IMG/VR virus record: IMGVR_UViG_3300025601_000007
DNA from: a virus
Taxonomy: Duplodnaviria; Caudoviricetes
Direction: 5' to 3' (one strand)
Length of the DNA stretch: 64,000 bases
The translations under genes were made by a program, and so were the position numbers. The notes under the pieces are model-generated. The model was not told the origin of the DNA, searched no databases, and saw only the letters and a program-made list of their open reading frames with translations. This document shows, one piece after another, positions 36,174 through 46,410 of the stretch (position 1 is the first letter of the stretch; each line of letters begins with the position of its first letter).

Positions 36174-37097
36174 ATGGAACGTAAAATAAAAAGAGCTCTT
36201 TGTCTTTCTGGTGGAGGTTCAAAAGGAGCTTGGGCAGGAGGTGTGATTCAATATCTTACTGAGGACTTAAAGCTCGACTACGACCTTTACGTCGGAACAT
36301 CCACTGGAAGCTTGTTAGCTCCGCTTACTTCTATTCGTGAAATAAGCACTTTAAAAGAAGGTTACACCAGCGTAAGCGCTGATGACATATTCTCTTATAA
36401 TCCATTTAGAAAAGACGGAAGTCCCAGTTATCTTAAAATGGCTTATAGAATAGCTACTTTAAAAACAACTTTAGGCGAGAGCGAGGGTTTATTAGAACTT
36501 ATTAAAAAGTTTTTCAAAGAAAAACACTATGACAAACTCACTAGTGAGGGAAAGGAAGTAATTGCTGCAGTCGCAAATATTACTGATGAAAAAATTGAAT
36601 ACATGTCATCAAAAGATTGGGGATATGAAATGTTTTGCAAGTGGTTGTGGGCATCCGCCAATACCCCTCCTTTTATGACTCTTTTTGAACATCAAGGGAA
36701 GGAATATGTTGATGGTGCAATTTTGCAACACATCCCTATACAAGCTGCTATTGATGCGGGAGCCACTGAAATAGATGTTATTGTATTACGTCCTGAAAAA
36801 TTTGGTGCAACAGCTAAAAACAAGACAAAAAATGTCATTCATCTCTCAAATAAACTAATTCGAATGATGCAACGTAAAATATCACAAACGAATGTTGAAA
36901 TGGCTCAATTAGAAGCTAATAAGAGAGATGTTAAAATAAACATTATATACACGCCTTATCGACTAACTGAAAATTCGCTCGTTTTTGACAAAGAACAAAT
37001 GTTAAAATGGTGGGAAGAAGGTTATGAATTCGCAAAGGAGGGGAATATGAGACAGTATAAACTTTCTAAACGGAATGTAATACGTGAGATAGAATAA
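36174..37097 (+). CDS. patatin-like phospholipase
   Basis: LSGGGSKGAW (oxyanion hole), GTSTG nucleophile elbow and YVDGA. Confidence 0.9.
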   Translation: MERKIKRALCLSGGGSKGAWAGGVIQYLTEDLKLDYDLYVGTSTGSLLAPLTSIREISTLKEGYTSVSADDIFSYNPFRKDGSPSYLKMAYRIATLKTTLGESEGLLELIKKFFKEKHYDKLTSEGKEVIAAVANITDEKIEYMSSKDWGYEMFCKWLWASANTPPFMTLFEHQGKEYVDGAILQHIPIQAAIDAGATEIDVIVLRPEKFGATAKNKTKNVIHLSNKLIRMMQRKISQTNVEMAQLEANKRDVKINIIYTPYRLTENSLVFDKEQMLKWWEEGYEFAKEGNMRQYKLSKRNVIREIE

Positions 37098-37126
37098 CTC
37101 GCCTATTTATAAAAAAAGCTCTTAAA

Positions 37127-37435
37127 ATGGCATATAGAACAGGAGACACTATCTATCAAAACATTGTTTCAACCGATTCCAGTAATAATGTGGAGTCTGG
37201 GGCAACTTTCGTTAACAAGCTTTATCGAAATGGCTCTTTATATGCTGGCGCCACTCTTAATTTTGCCATATCTGATGCTCCAAGAGGAGTTTATACAGCA
37301 AGTTTTTCAGCTTCAACCATTGGAGAATATCAAATATATTTTAATAACATCACAACAAACACAATTTACATGTCTGGTATATTCAGCTTTAAATCTTCTG
37401 AAAATATATCGACAAGCATCTATATAGGTTCCTAA
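37127..37435 (+). CDS. hypothetical Ig-like/beta-rich virion protein
   Basis: GVYTASFSASTIGEYQIYF; follows a TATTTAT motif. Confidence 0.55.
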   Translation: MAYRTGDTIYQNIVSTDSSNNVESGATFVNKLYRNGSLYAGATLNFAISDAPRGVYTASFSASTIGEYQIYFNNITTNTIYMSGIFSFKSSENISTSIYIGS

Positions 37436-37477
37436 TAGCTGAAAGTAAGGCAAAAATGACTAATTCTAAGCTATTTA

Positions 37478-39253
37478 GTGTTGATACAACCCTTTATGGA
37501 ACAAACTAAGATATTAGACAAGGAAGCTGAATTAATGGAGTGTTCGATGGACCCTATTTACTTTATTAACAGTTTTTGTTATGCCTATGATGTACTAAAA
37601 GACCAGCAAGCCAACATTAAGTGTTTTGATTATCAAGAGAGAGTTCTGGATTCATACATGGACCACAAATGGAATGTGATTTTAAAGTCACGTCAAACTG
37701 GTTTATCAGTAATTACCGCATGTTATGTTGCCTGGAGAATGATATTTGGTCTGGATGAGACAATCGTAATTATCGCCAACAACCAAGACGGCGCAGTTAG
37801 ATTTCTAAAACACGTCAAGAATGTTTTTATCAATCTTCCTGATTTTATTTATAGTAAAAACCGCGATGAAGTTTCTATGGCTACGATGAAAATCGAGCAC
37901 GCCAATGGGAATATTGCAATCGCTAAGGCAGCTGGTAAAAACGCAGGTCGTGGAGACGCTCCTACTCTCTTAATATTAGATGAGTGGGCGTTTGTTAAAG
38001 ACGACGATGATATCTGGACAGCCGCAGCCCCTTCTTTATCGCAAACAGAAGGAGACTGTATTGTTATTTCAACACCAAACGGAACAGGTAATCTATATCA
38101 CAAGTTCTGGGTCGACGCCGCACGCGGAGATGGTGCCTTCAACCCAATTAAGGTTCACTGGACCGAAAACCCAAAATCAGCTATTGATTTAGAGTATAGA
38201 GAAGACTCAAAAGGTATTTTAAAACCTTGGAGCCCTTGGTATGAAAAGCGATGTAAAGAAGTTCAGTATGATGGAGTTAAAATAGCACAGGAGCTTGACT
38301 TATCATTTGAAGGTTCCAAGTTGTTAGCGTTGGACCCAGATTTAATTGCCAGACAACGACAGCGAATTGAGACTGAAAACATCAGGCCCGTCGTGTATTT
38401 TGATGTGACAGCAGAAAGTCATAATCTAGTTGGGACTGTCCAGCCTTGTCATATTTTCGAAGCACCAAAACTACAGGCTAAATATATTGTGGCTTGCGAC
38501 GTTGCTTATAGAGGAGATGATTATTCAACTATTCAAGTTTTAGATGTAGACACTCTTAATCAAGTAGCGGAATACCAGGGTAAATGTGACCCAGATGTGT
38601 TCGCTCGTTACATTGAGAAAATTGCAATGTACTACAATACGGCGTTTGTGGTTGTCGAGGCCAACAATCACGGCCTCGTAACATGTTTTGAACTGAGAAA
38701 TCAACTTAAATATCCAAGACTTTATGAATCAAAATCTATCAAAGAAATCCATGTTCGATGGATTGATTATAAAGTAAATCCAGGCGATGGGATTCCAGGG
38801 TTTCAGACGACAGCACAATCTAGACCAGGATTAGTAAACGCTATGCGTGAAGCATTTAGAGAAACCACAGCCACTGTGAACTCAATTCGGTTAATTGGCG
38901 AGATGGAAACGTTTGTTAGAAATCTCAAAAAGAACGGAAAAGAGGAAGCTGAGAAAGGATATCACGATGACTTAGTTATGGCTTATGGTATTGCCCTTTA
39001 TATTAGACAGACAGAGTATTATAATGTGGTTAATGCTAAGAATATGTACAAATCTATGCTTGAAGCCATGACTTTCAACGCTAGTTCTTCCGAAGGGGCA
39101 GAAGAAACTCCAGACGAGAAAACACAAAGGTTGCGGGATAAAAAAGATTTTGATGAAAATTTTATCCCTCCAGGAGCAGGAGGATTATGGTTAGGAAGCG
39201 ACGATGAAGCTGATGAAGACGACCCAAACGACCTTTCATGGCTGGTTGGGTGA
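37478..39253 (+). CDS. terL: terminase large subunit (gp17-like; likely start ATG 37496)
   Basis: ILKSRQTGLS Walker A, LLILDEWAF Walker B, ISTPNG, nuclease VACDVA, VVEANNHG, HDDLVMA. No intein. Confidence 0.95.
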   Translation: MLIQPFMEQTKILDKEAELMECSMDPIYFINSFCYAYDVLKDQQANIKCFDYQERVLDSYMDHKWNVILKSRQTGLSVITACYVAWRMIFGLDETIVIIANNQDGAVRFLKHVKNVFINLPDFIYSKNRDEVSMATMKIEHANGNIAIAKAAGKNAGRGDAPTLLILDEWAFVKDDDDIWTAAAPSLSQTEGDCIVISTPNGTGNLYHKFWVDAARGDGAFNPIKVHWTENPKSAIDLEYREDSKGILKPWSPWYEKRCKEVQYDGVKIAQELDLSFEGSKLLALDPDLIARQRQRIETENIRPVVYFDVTAESHNLVGTVQPCHIFEAPKLQAKYIVACDVAYRGDDYSTIQVLDVDTLNQVAEYQGKCDPDVFARYIEKIAMYYNTAFVVVEANNHGLVTCFELRNQLKYPRLYESKSIKEIHVRWIDYKVNPGDGIPGFQTTAQSRPGLVNAMREAFRETTATVNSIRLIGEMETFVRNLKKNGKEEAEKGYHDDLVMAYGIALYIRQTEYYNVVNAKNMYKSMLEAMTFNASSSEGAEETPDEKTQRLRDKKDFDENFIPPGAGGLWLGSDDEADEDDPNDLSWLVG

Positions 39254-39282
39254 TGCAAAGAGGCATGAAATAAAAAATAAAA

Positions 39283-42200
39283 ATGGCACAAGAAAGCAAT
39301 AATAGTATATTTCAAAGAGTCTATGACGCTGTTAACAATAACAAGCGACGCACTCCTCCTATGGACGCACAAGGGCAACCGCCTGGAATATCCACTCCCT
39401 CGCAAGGTCTTTTTGGTTCATTAGAGGATTTTCAACAGCAGTACCTTGATTGGCAAGTAAATAAAATCAGTCATGACCTATACACCAGAACTATTTATTA
39501 TGACACAGACCGTGTCAATTCTTATCATGATTATCGTGCAATGGACCAGTCTCCAGAGGTGTCTGCCGCATTAGATATAATTCGAGACGAATGTCTCACA
39601 AGAAACGAGCGTGGAAACATTTTAGAGGTTTATAGCTCCAATGATAGAATCAAATCTAAGTTAGATGATTTATTCCATAACAGAATGAATATCGATTACA
39701 ATTTGAGTTTATGGATTAGAGACCTTATTAAGTATGGAGATTATTTCGTTCACTTACATGTCCATAAAGACGAAGGTATTTATGACTTCATGACTCTTCC
39801 TCAAGAAGAAATTCACCGTGAAGAAGGATTCGATGGAACAGCAAGTTCTGTACGTTTCCGCTGGGAAACAACGCAAGATTACTTTGAATCGTGGCAGGTT
39901 GCCCATTTCAGGCTTATTGAGGATACTAGAAAACTTCCTTACGGACGGTGCTTGAAGCACGACACTTATATAGAGACAAGTACAGGGTATAAGTTTATAA
40001 AAGATATAGAGAAAGGAGATTTAGTTTTTTCATTTAACTCTGACACACAAAAAAAAGAAGTCACAAAAGTCTTAGATACAATTTGTTCTGGTGAAAAAGA
40101 AATTATAAAGATTAGAACAAAGAATAATGAAATAGAAACCTCTGAGGAGCACAGTTTTATGGTGTACGAGGATGGTGGGTTCGTATACAAACAAGTTGAC
40201 GATTTAAGATTAGGAAATCTGCTTGTTATAGATTCTGGAGAAAACCCTTCAGGGGTAGATATTTTTTTAAATAAAGAACTAAAAGAAGAGAGAAACTTCA
40301 ACGGATATAAAAACAACATTGATTTAATCCCTGATGTTGTTGATGTTGATTTTGCAAGGCTATGGGGTTTTTTACTAGGAGATGGATGGGTTTTTAACGA
40401 TTCTGTTTTTTTTGCACGAGGTATTGACGAATCTTTAAATAAAAAATACGCTTCACTTTTGAAGAAGTTTTCAGGAAAAGACACTATAAACCTTAAAAAC
40501 GCAAATTTAGAGGGTAGTTTAGAATTTTCTCAAACAGTATGTAACTCAAAGTTGCTTTCTTATATTCTCGAAAATAACGGGTTTAAAGGAAATGTTTATA
40601 TTAAAAGATTGCCTAGTTGGATTTTTGAGGCGTCATTAGAAATAAGAGAAGCTTTAATAGAAGGCATTATAGACGCTGATGGTTCTGTAAATATTGACGA
40701 GTGGAACTGTAAAAGATACACAATAGAATTAGCAAATGAAATTTTAGTAAAAGACTTAAAAACGCTATTACAATCAATAGGTAGAAAGACTGGCAAAATC
40801 TGTTCAAGAGATAGAAGTTCTGTTGTTTTTTGGGGAAAAGAATACAAAAGAAAGAAAAGTTTCTACTTCTACTTTTATGACTCTAAAATTAAACAAGCAG
40901 CAAAACATGAGTTATCAAATAGGATTAATAGTGGTTTCATCTTATCTCCAATCATCTCTATTGAGAACTCTGAAAAAGCAGAGCAGGTTTATGATATCCA
41001 CGTAGAGCATGAACACCATAATTTCTATGCGAATGGGATAGTCGTTCACAACTCTATCTTAGACCCTGCTAGAAAACTTTGGAAGCAACTACAGCTCGCT
41101 GAGGACTCAATGTTGGTCTATAGAATCACAAGAGCTCCAGAGCGTAGAATATTCTACATTGAGGTAGGCAACTTGGAGGATGCTGATGTTAAGCAATACA
41201 TGCAGCGTATCCAAAAGCAAGTTAAAAAACAGCCTATTGTGAATCAGAACGACGGCAATATGAGTTATCGTTATGACCCAATGAATATCTCGGAAGATTA
41301 TTTTATTCCAGTTCGTGGTGACAAGAGCACAAAAATTGACACACTTCCTGGAGCTTGTTTGGCTCTAGATACTAAAATCAACCTTCTTGATGGTCGAAGC
41401 CTTGAGCTTCAGGAAATCATTAAAGAGCGTGATGAAGGAAAACAGCTTTGGACTTACAGTATAAATCCAGAAACTGGAGTAATAGTTCCAGGAAAAATTA
41501 CATGGGCTGGAGTTACTCGTAAAGACGCTAAAGTAATGAAATTGACTTTTGACAACGGAGAGTCTGTTATTGTTACACCTGACCACAAGTTCCCTACTCG
41601 TTTTAAAGGTATACAAGAAGCACAAAATCTTGAAGAAGGAGATTCTATGTGGAGTTTTGAGAAGAGGTTTCAGAAGATTTTCAAAAACAAACCTAAAGCT
41701 AAAACATATGAACAAGTGTGGGACCACCAAAGCAAATCCTGGGAGTATACACATCGTATGGTTCATAATTACATGTATGAGCGCAATTTGCACAAGGAAC
41801 ATGTTTATCAAAAAAATGTGGAAAACAAAAACGTGATTCATCATTATGATTTTGACCGATACAATAATTCTCCAGAGAATTTAAAATTAATGAATTTCCA
41901 TGACCATGTTATGCTTCATCAATCTATGTATGCTTCTTATAAAAAAGAGCGTAAAGAAGGTAGAAATAAGTATTGGGATAATATCTCTGAGAAAGAATTA
42001 GAATCTAAAAGAGTAGTAGCACGAATCAACTTAGAAAAAGCAACAGAACGAATTCAAGAGCTACTGCAAGATGAAGATTTTAAAGCTGATTTTGAAAAGA
42101 AACGAATAGCTGGATATCGTAAAGCAAGAAAAACATCTTCTTCTCGTCTAAAATCATCTATTGCCGCTTCTAAACAATGGGCCGATGGTTCTCTGCGTGA

Positions 42201-43746
42201 AGCCATTCAAGAAAAACAAGAAATAAATTACAACGATGTAATGTTGGAGTTTGTGGTCTCTCGTTTTCAAGACGGCATGAGTGCCACCAACATTCTACGA
42301 GACATTAATGTCTCTAATTCTGGGTTTATGTCTGAATTTAACAACATAAACAAAGGGAACAAGCAATTGAAGAAAATGTCATCTTTCACCCACAATAACT
42401 TAGTGAAGATGATGAAGTCATTTGGGTATTCTAACTGGAGAGATTTCACGAAAAAAGCCGAATTATTTAATCATAAAGTGGCATCGATTGAGTGGCTAGA
42501 AACACCTCAAGACACAGGCACAATAACTGTAGATGGAAATCATGAACTACATGACCACCATAATTTTGCACTTTCTGTCGGAGTTTTTACACAAAATAGC
42601 AATCTAGGTGACATTCAAGATATTGAATATTTAGAAAATAAACTATTCGCGGCGTTAAAGGTTCCAAAAACTTATTTGAATTATGCTGAGAATTTACCTG
42701 GGGGGCCAACACTGTCTCAAGCAGATTTAAGATTTGCTAGGACCATTAATAGAATCCAGGAGCAAGTTCTAATGGAACTTCGTCGAATTGGTAAAATTCA
42801 CTTAGCGTTTCTTGGGCATGAAGACGAGATTAATGATTTTGATTTAAAACTCACAAACCCTTCTACTCAACAAGAGCTGTTGAAGCTAGAGACGATGAAA
42901 TCTCGACTTGAAGTATTTACATTGTTTGTGTCACAAGATATCTACTCACCTGCTTCTTACACTTGGGGTATGAAATACATTCTTGGATTTTCTGAAAAGG
43001 ATATCAAGAAAATGCTTCGTCAGAAAAAAGTTGAAAGGAAACTGTTTACGGAGATTGAATTTGCTCCGCAGACATACAAAAAGATTGGATTGTTCAAAGA
43101 TTTGGATGATAAATTTGAAATCCCAGGAGCAGCAGAAGCACTCCAAAACGCTGAGAACGAAGATTTAATGGGAGATGACGGCGGCGGCGGCGGCGGAGGC
43201 TTTGGCGGAGGAGGAGACTCGCTGGCTGGAGACCCATCTGGAGACCTTGATATGGGAGGTGGAGATGAAGTTGGAGGCGATGCAGGAGGAGCGCCTCCAG
43301 TAAGTGATAGCGAGCCTATATCAGAAACTAAAAGAGAACGCATTTGGGAAGGTCACAACAAGCGTGTTGATAGTGCAATTGATGACTTGCTTAAAGAGCT
43401 TGAGGAAACCGATGAAGAAGTATTTACGGAAGAAAGCGAGGAAGAAAAGAAAGACAGAGAAAAAAACGTTTTGTTTAAATCAAACGAAGAATTTATCAGT
43501 CAGACTGATAAAATGATTAGTGAGATAAAGGGAAATTTAAAAGAATCTGAGAAAAATATTGAAAATTACATTATACCAAAAGGAGTAATAAAAGAAAGAG
43601 TTCAAGGAAACCCTCTTGTCTCTACCAGTAATGATTTAGCAAGAAAAGCTAGAGATATAATGGATGAGATTGACCAAATAATATCTGAAACTGGGCAAAA
43701 TTCTGATATGGAAATAATTGAAGAAGACTATGACGAGGAAGAGTAA
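39283..43746 (+). CDS. portal protein (gp20-like) with two inteins
   Basis: EVSAALDIIRDE, PYGR|intein|SILDPARK.WKQLQLAEDSMLVYRITRAPERRIFYI, EDYFIP, IDTLPGA|intein|SNLGDIQDIEYL..KLFAALKVP. Confidence 0.95.
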   Translation: MAQESNNSIFQRVYDAVNNNKRRTPPMDAQGQPPGISTPSQGLFGSLEDFQQQYLDWQVNKISHDLYTRTIYYDTDRVNSYHDYRAMDQSPEVSAALDIIRDECLTRNERGNILEVYSSNDRIKSKLDDLFHNRMNIDYNLSLWIRDLIKYGDYFVHLHVHKDEGIYDFMTLPQEEIHREEGFDGTASSVRFRWETTQDYFESWQVAHFRLIEDTRKLPYGRCLKHDTYIETSTGYKFIKDIEKGDLVFSFNSDTQKKEVTKVLDTICSGEKEIIKIRTKNNEIETSEEHSFMVYEDGGFVYKQVDDLRLGNLLVIDSGENPSGVDIFLNKELKEERNFNGYKNNIDLIPDVVDVDFARLWGFLLGDGWVFNDSVFFARGIDESLNKKYASLLKKFSGKDTINLKNANLEGSLEFSQTVCNSKLLSYILENNGFKGNVYIKRLPSWIFEASLEIREALIEGIIDADGSVNIDEWNCKRYTIELANEILVKDLKTLLQSIGRKTGKICSRDRSSVVFWGKEYKRKKSFYFYFYDSKIKQAAKHELSNRINSGFILSPIISIENSEKAEQVYDIHVEHEHHNFYANGIVVHNSILDPARKLWKQLQLAEDSMLVYRITRAPERRIFYIEVGNLEDADVKQYMQRIQKQVKKQPIVNQNDGNMSYRYDPMNISEDYFIPVRGDKSTKIDTLPGACLALDTKINLLDGRSLELQEIIKERDEGKQLWTYSINPETGVIVPGKITWAGVTRKDAKVMKLTFDNGESVIVTPDHKFPTRFKGIQEAQNLEEGDSMWSFEKRFQKIFKNKPKAKTYEQVWDHQSKSWEYTHRMVHNYMYERNLHKEHVYQKNVENKNVIHHYDFDRYNNSPENLKLMNFHDHVMLHQSMYASYKKERKEGRNKYWDNISEKELESKRVVARINLEKATERIQELLQDEDFKADFEKKRIAGYRKARKTSSSRLKSSIAASKQWADGSLREAIQEKQEINYNDVMLEFVVSRFQDGMSATNILRDINVSNSGFMSEFNNINKGNKQLKKMSSFTHNNLVKMMKSFGYSNWRDFTKKAELFNHKVASIEWLETPQDTGTITVDGNHELHDHHNFALSVGVFTQNSNLGDIQDIEYLENKLFAALKVPKTYLNYAENLPGGPTLSQADLRFARTINRIQEQVLMELRRIGKIHLAFLGHEDEINDFDLKLTNPSTQQELLKLETMKSRLEVFTLFVSQDIYSPASYTWGMKYILGFSEKDIKKMLRQKKVERKLFTEIEFAPQTYKKIGLFKDLDDKFEIPGAAEALQNAENEDLMGDDGGGGGGGFGGGGDSLAGDPSGDLDMGGGDEVGGDAGGAPPVSDSEPISETKRERIWEGHNKRVDSAIDDLLKELEETDEEVFTEESEEEKKDREKNVLFKSNEEFISQTDKMISEIKGNLKESEKNIENYIIPKGVIKERVQGNPLVSTSNDLARKARDIMDEIDQIISETGQNSDMEIIEEDYDEEE
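39949..41052 (+). mobile_element. portal intein 1 with LAGLIDADG endonuclease
   Basis: CLKHDT...IVVHN|S, 368 aa. Motifs LWGFLLGDG and LIEGIIDADG. Confidence 0.9.
41356..42597 (+). mobile_element. portal intein 2 with HNH-type endonuclease
   Basis: CLALDT...TPDHKF...VFTQN|S, 414 aa. YTHRMV...VIHHYDFDRYNNSPENL...DHVMLH; penultimate Gln. Confidence 0.88.
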
Positions 43747-43984
43747 GTTTGATGAACACTCAAATGTTAATGACACGTACAGTGTAAAGCGTAAACTAGC
43801 GAAGATTATAGAGGAACTAGAGGACCTTTATTCCACTGATGTAACTAAATTTTACAGCTACCGAAAAACGAAATCGGCGGGAACGAGAAGTCGTTCCCGC
43901 CTTCGGCGTATACATGCTGCTTTAAAAGATTTATCTAGAGACATTCTGAAGCAACGACAAGACTACGACTCAGATTACGAATAA
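43730..43984 (+). CDS. histone H1-like (Hc1-type) small basic protein
   Basis: KF...K.KSAGTRSRSRLRRI...LK pattern resembles the KAAGTRARK family (recall). Confidence 0.55.
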   Translation: MTRKSKFDEHSNVNDTYSVKRKLAKIIEELEDLYSTDVTKFYSYRKTKSAGTRSRSRLRRIHAALKDLSRDILKQRQDYDSDYE

Positions 43985-44186
43985 CTTGTCAATCAACGTC
44001 GGTATGATTATGTTGATGAATGACAACACGAGCTCCAAACTGGGATTACAACGGCTATCCAACAATAAATTTAAGTAGTCTCACGACAGGCTAAACAGCT
44101 GTTAATTAGTATAATTAACCCTTCAATCCTCATAGATTCAATGAATTAGTTTTAAACTAAAGTTGGATTATAACTTAAAATTGAAT

Positions 44187-44194
44187 TATATTTG
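44187..44194 (+). promoter_or_regulatory. Bacteroidota sigma-A type -7 element upstream of dnaE
   Basis: TATATTTG matches TAnnTTTG, with TTG(G) upstream and the ATG 26 nt downstream. Confidence 0.55.
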
Positions 44195-44220
44195 CTTCGG
44201 CAACACACTAATTCAACAAC

Positions 44221-46410
44221 ATGTATATAGTCTTCGATACAGAGACTACTGGCAGGCCAAAACGGTTTAACGCACCTTGGACAGATGCAGATAACTGGCC
44301 TCGACTAGTACAGTTAGCCTGGGTTGAATATGCACAAGACGGCAGCGAAATATCCAGGCACGACCTTATAATTAAACCTGAAGGATACAACATTCCTCAC
44401 GAAGTCGTTCAAATACACGGCATATCAAACGAAAAGGCGCACGCAGAAGGAATTTCTATGCTTGATGCCTTAAATCAGTTTAAAATTGCTCTAGAGCGTA
44501 ACTATTACCTCATAGCACATAATATCAATTTTGACCTTGGAATTATGGGGTGTGAATTTCATCGAGCATCGATGAGTCACAATCTAGCTTCAATATTTCC
44601 CGTTGACACGATGAAGCTTACAATTGACTTTTGTAAATTAAGGGGTCGTCGGGGTTATAAATTTCCAAAACTTATTGAGCTCCATAATAAGCTTTTTGGG
44701 AAAGACTTTTTAGGTGCTCACAACGCATTTTTCGATGTGCAAGCAACCGCTAAATGTTTTTTTGAACTTCAACGGCTTGGCATTTTCGGATTTAAAGAAC
44801 TTCCTTCCGATTCCTCTAATGGGTTTTCTTCTGAGAGTGTTGCCCACGTATCGGTATCCCCAGAAGAGGAAGCTAAGCCGTTAGTTCATTTCTCTTGTCA
44901 CACTCACTATAGCTTGCTTCGTGGCTCAGGTAGTATTGATAATTATCTTAAGCGTGCTAAAGAACTAGGGCACACATCTCTCGCTGTTATTGATGTCGAA
45001 ACCATGTCAGGCAGTCTAGAGTTGTCACAGAAAGCTGAAAAATACGGAATCAAGCCAATATTTGGAATTGAAATCTATCTCAACGATACTGTTGGCTCCG
45101 AAGAGTCAGAAAAAGGTGGATACCCAATAAAAATCATTGTTAAAAACCAAGTGGGTTTTGTAAACCTTAATAAGCTGATATTTAAATCTCATTCAGAAGG
45201 TTTTGATGGGATGTATTCTCGTATTCACACTGATTGGTTAATTGAGAACAAAGAAGGTTTGATTGTTACCACTGGAAACTACCAAGGATATCTCGCAAGT
45301 TTGTTTTTTAAAGGACAAAAGACGGCAGCTTCTAAATATTGGGAACGATTACAAAAAGCATTTGGCCCAGATTATATCGCAGAAATTAAGTTTTCAGAGA
45401 TTGGTGAGCAAAAGCGATTTAACAACTTTGTTTTAAAAATGGCATCCGCCACGAAGGCAATGGTGATTTTAGATAATGATGTTCATTATGTTAAGCAAAA
45501 AGAAGCGTCTTTGCAAGACACTGTTTCCGCTATAAAACAACAAATAGGGATGGATAAGTGTCGTTTAGAGGAACGAAGAAATCTGTATTATTTGTCGAGA
45601 AAAGACTACTATGTTCTGAATTCAAAATTTGGATACAATTACCCGCACAACATTCTACAGATATTCATGGATAACACTTTGAAGCTGGCTGAGCGTTGCA
45701 ATTTTGAATTTGAAGTAGGGGTTGAAAAATACCCTCGTTACGAACCAACGAAAGACATTATAGATTGGGCAGGAGCAGAGGACACGGAAACCATTATCAC
45801 AAAGATGGCTTTTGCGAAACTCAAGCAAAAGCTCGGACGTAAGTTTACCAAAGGAAAATTACAACAAACACAAGAGGTTGTAGATGAGTACACAAATAGA
45901 CTCCATTACGAGTTAAAAGTAATTAAGGACAAGAAGATGCTTGACTACTTCCTTGTAAACTGGGAAATTATTCGAGATTATAAGAAAAGAGGTTTTGAAA
46001 TTGGAAGTGGAAGAGGCTCTGCAGCTGGTTCTTTATTAGCATGGTGTCTTGACATCACTAAGATTGACCCTATTCAATTCGGGCTGTATTTTGAGCGTTT
46101 TTTGAATCCAGCACGTAATTGCGTTACTGAAGATGGGCTGGTGTTGATGAAAGATGGCTCACTGAAACCTATCGGAGATATTGTTCCTGGGGACCCAGTT
46201 GAAACAGAATCAGGCAACGGCGTTTTGGTTCAAGTGCATAAGCGAGATATCACACCAGCTGATGAGGTGTTTGAGATTGAAACTGAAGATTCCATCATTG
46301 TAAAATTGACGGGGAATCACATTGTACCTGTGATGCGCAAAGGAGAGCGTGTTGATATTCGCGTGGATGAGTTATTAGAGACAGATAAAATGTTAATACG
46401 AAAATTATGA
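44221..46410 (+). CDS. dnaE: DNA polymerase III alpha part 1 (DEDDh exonuclease + PHP + start of catalytic domain) ending in split intein N-half 1
   Basis: VFDTETTG...AHNINFD...AHNAFFD; HFSCHTHYSLL; GSGRGSAAGSL; LYFERFLNPARN|CVTEDG...stop. Confidence 0.95.
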   Translation: MYIVFDTETTGRPKRFNAPWTDADNWPRLVQLAWVEYAQDGSEISRHDLIIKPEGYNIPHEVVQIHGISNEKAHAEGISMLDALNQFKIALERNYYLIAHNINFDLGIMGCEFHRASMSHNLASIFPVDTMKLTIDFCKLRGRRGYKFPKLIELHNKLFGKDFLGAHNAFFDVQATAKCFFELQRLGIFGFKELPSDSSNGFSSESVAHVSVSPEEEAKPLVHFSCHTHYSLLRGSGSIDNYLKRAKELGHTSLAVIDVETMSGSLELSQKAEKYGIKPIFGIEIYLNDTVGSEESEKGGYPIKIIVKNQVGFVNLNKLIFKSHSEGFDGMYSRIHTDWLIENKEGLIVTTGNYQGYLASLFFKGQKTAASKYWERLQKAFGPDYIAEIKFSEIGEQKRFNNFVLKMASATKAMVILDNDVHYVKQKEASLQDTVSAIKQQIGMDKCRLEERRNLYYLSRKDYYVLNSKFGYNYPHNILQIFMDNTLKLAERCNFEFEVGVEKYPRYEPTKDIIDWAGAEDTETIITKMAFAKLKQKLGRKFTKGKLQQTQEVVDEYTNRLHYELKVIKDKKMLDYFLVNWEIIRDYKKRGFEIGSGRGSAAGSLLAWCLDITKIDPIQFGLYFERFLNPARNCVTEDGLVLMKDGSLKPIGDIVPGDPVETESGNGVLVQVHKRDITPADEVFEIETEDSIIVKLTGNHIVPVMRKGERVDIRVDELLETDKMLIRKL
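46120..46407 (+). mobile_element. split intein 1, N-fragment (96 aa)
   Basis: Cys1, GD.V, LTGNH block B, then a stop codon. Confidence 0.9.

Noticed and set aside
39253-39266. 14 nt match (ATGCAAAGAGGCAT) between the terminase-portal spacer and the array DAC-KEA motif
   Set aside because: About one such match is expected by chance for a 3 kb query against both strands of 64 kb.
43179-43215. GGC microsatellite in portal and CCAGCA repeat in scaffold (14505-14540)
   Set aside because: They simply encode Gly and Pro-Ala linkers in frame; no sign of phase variation.
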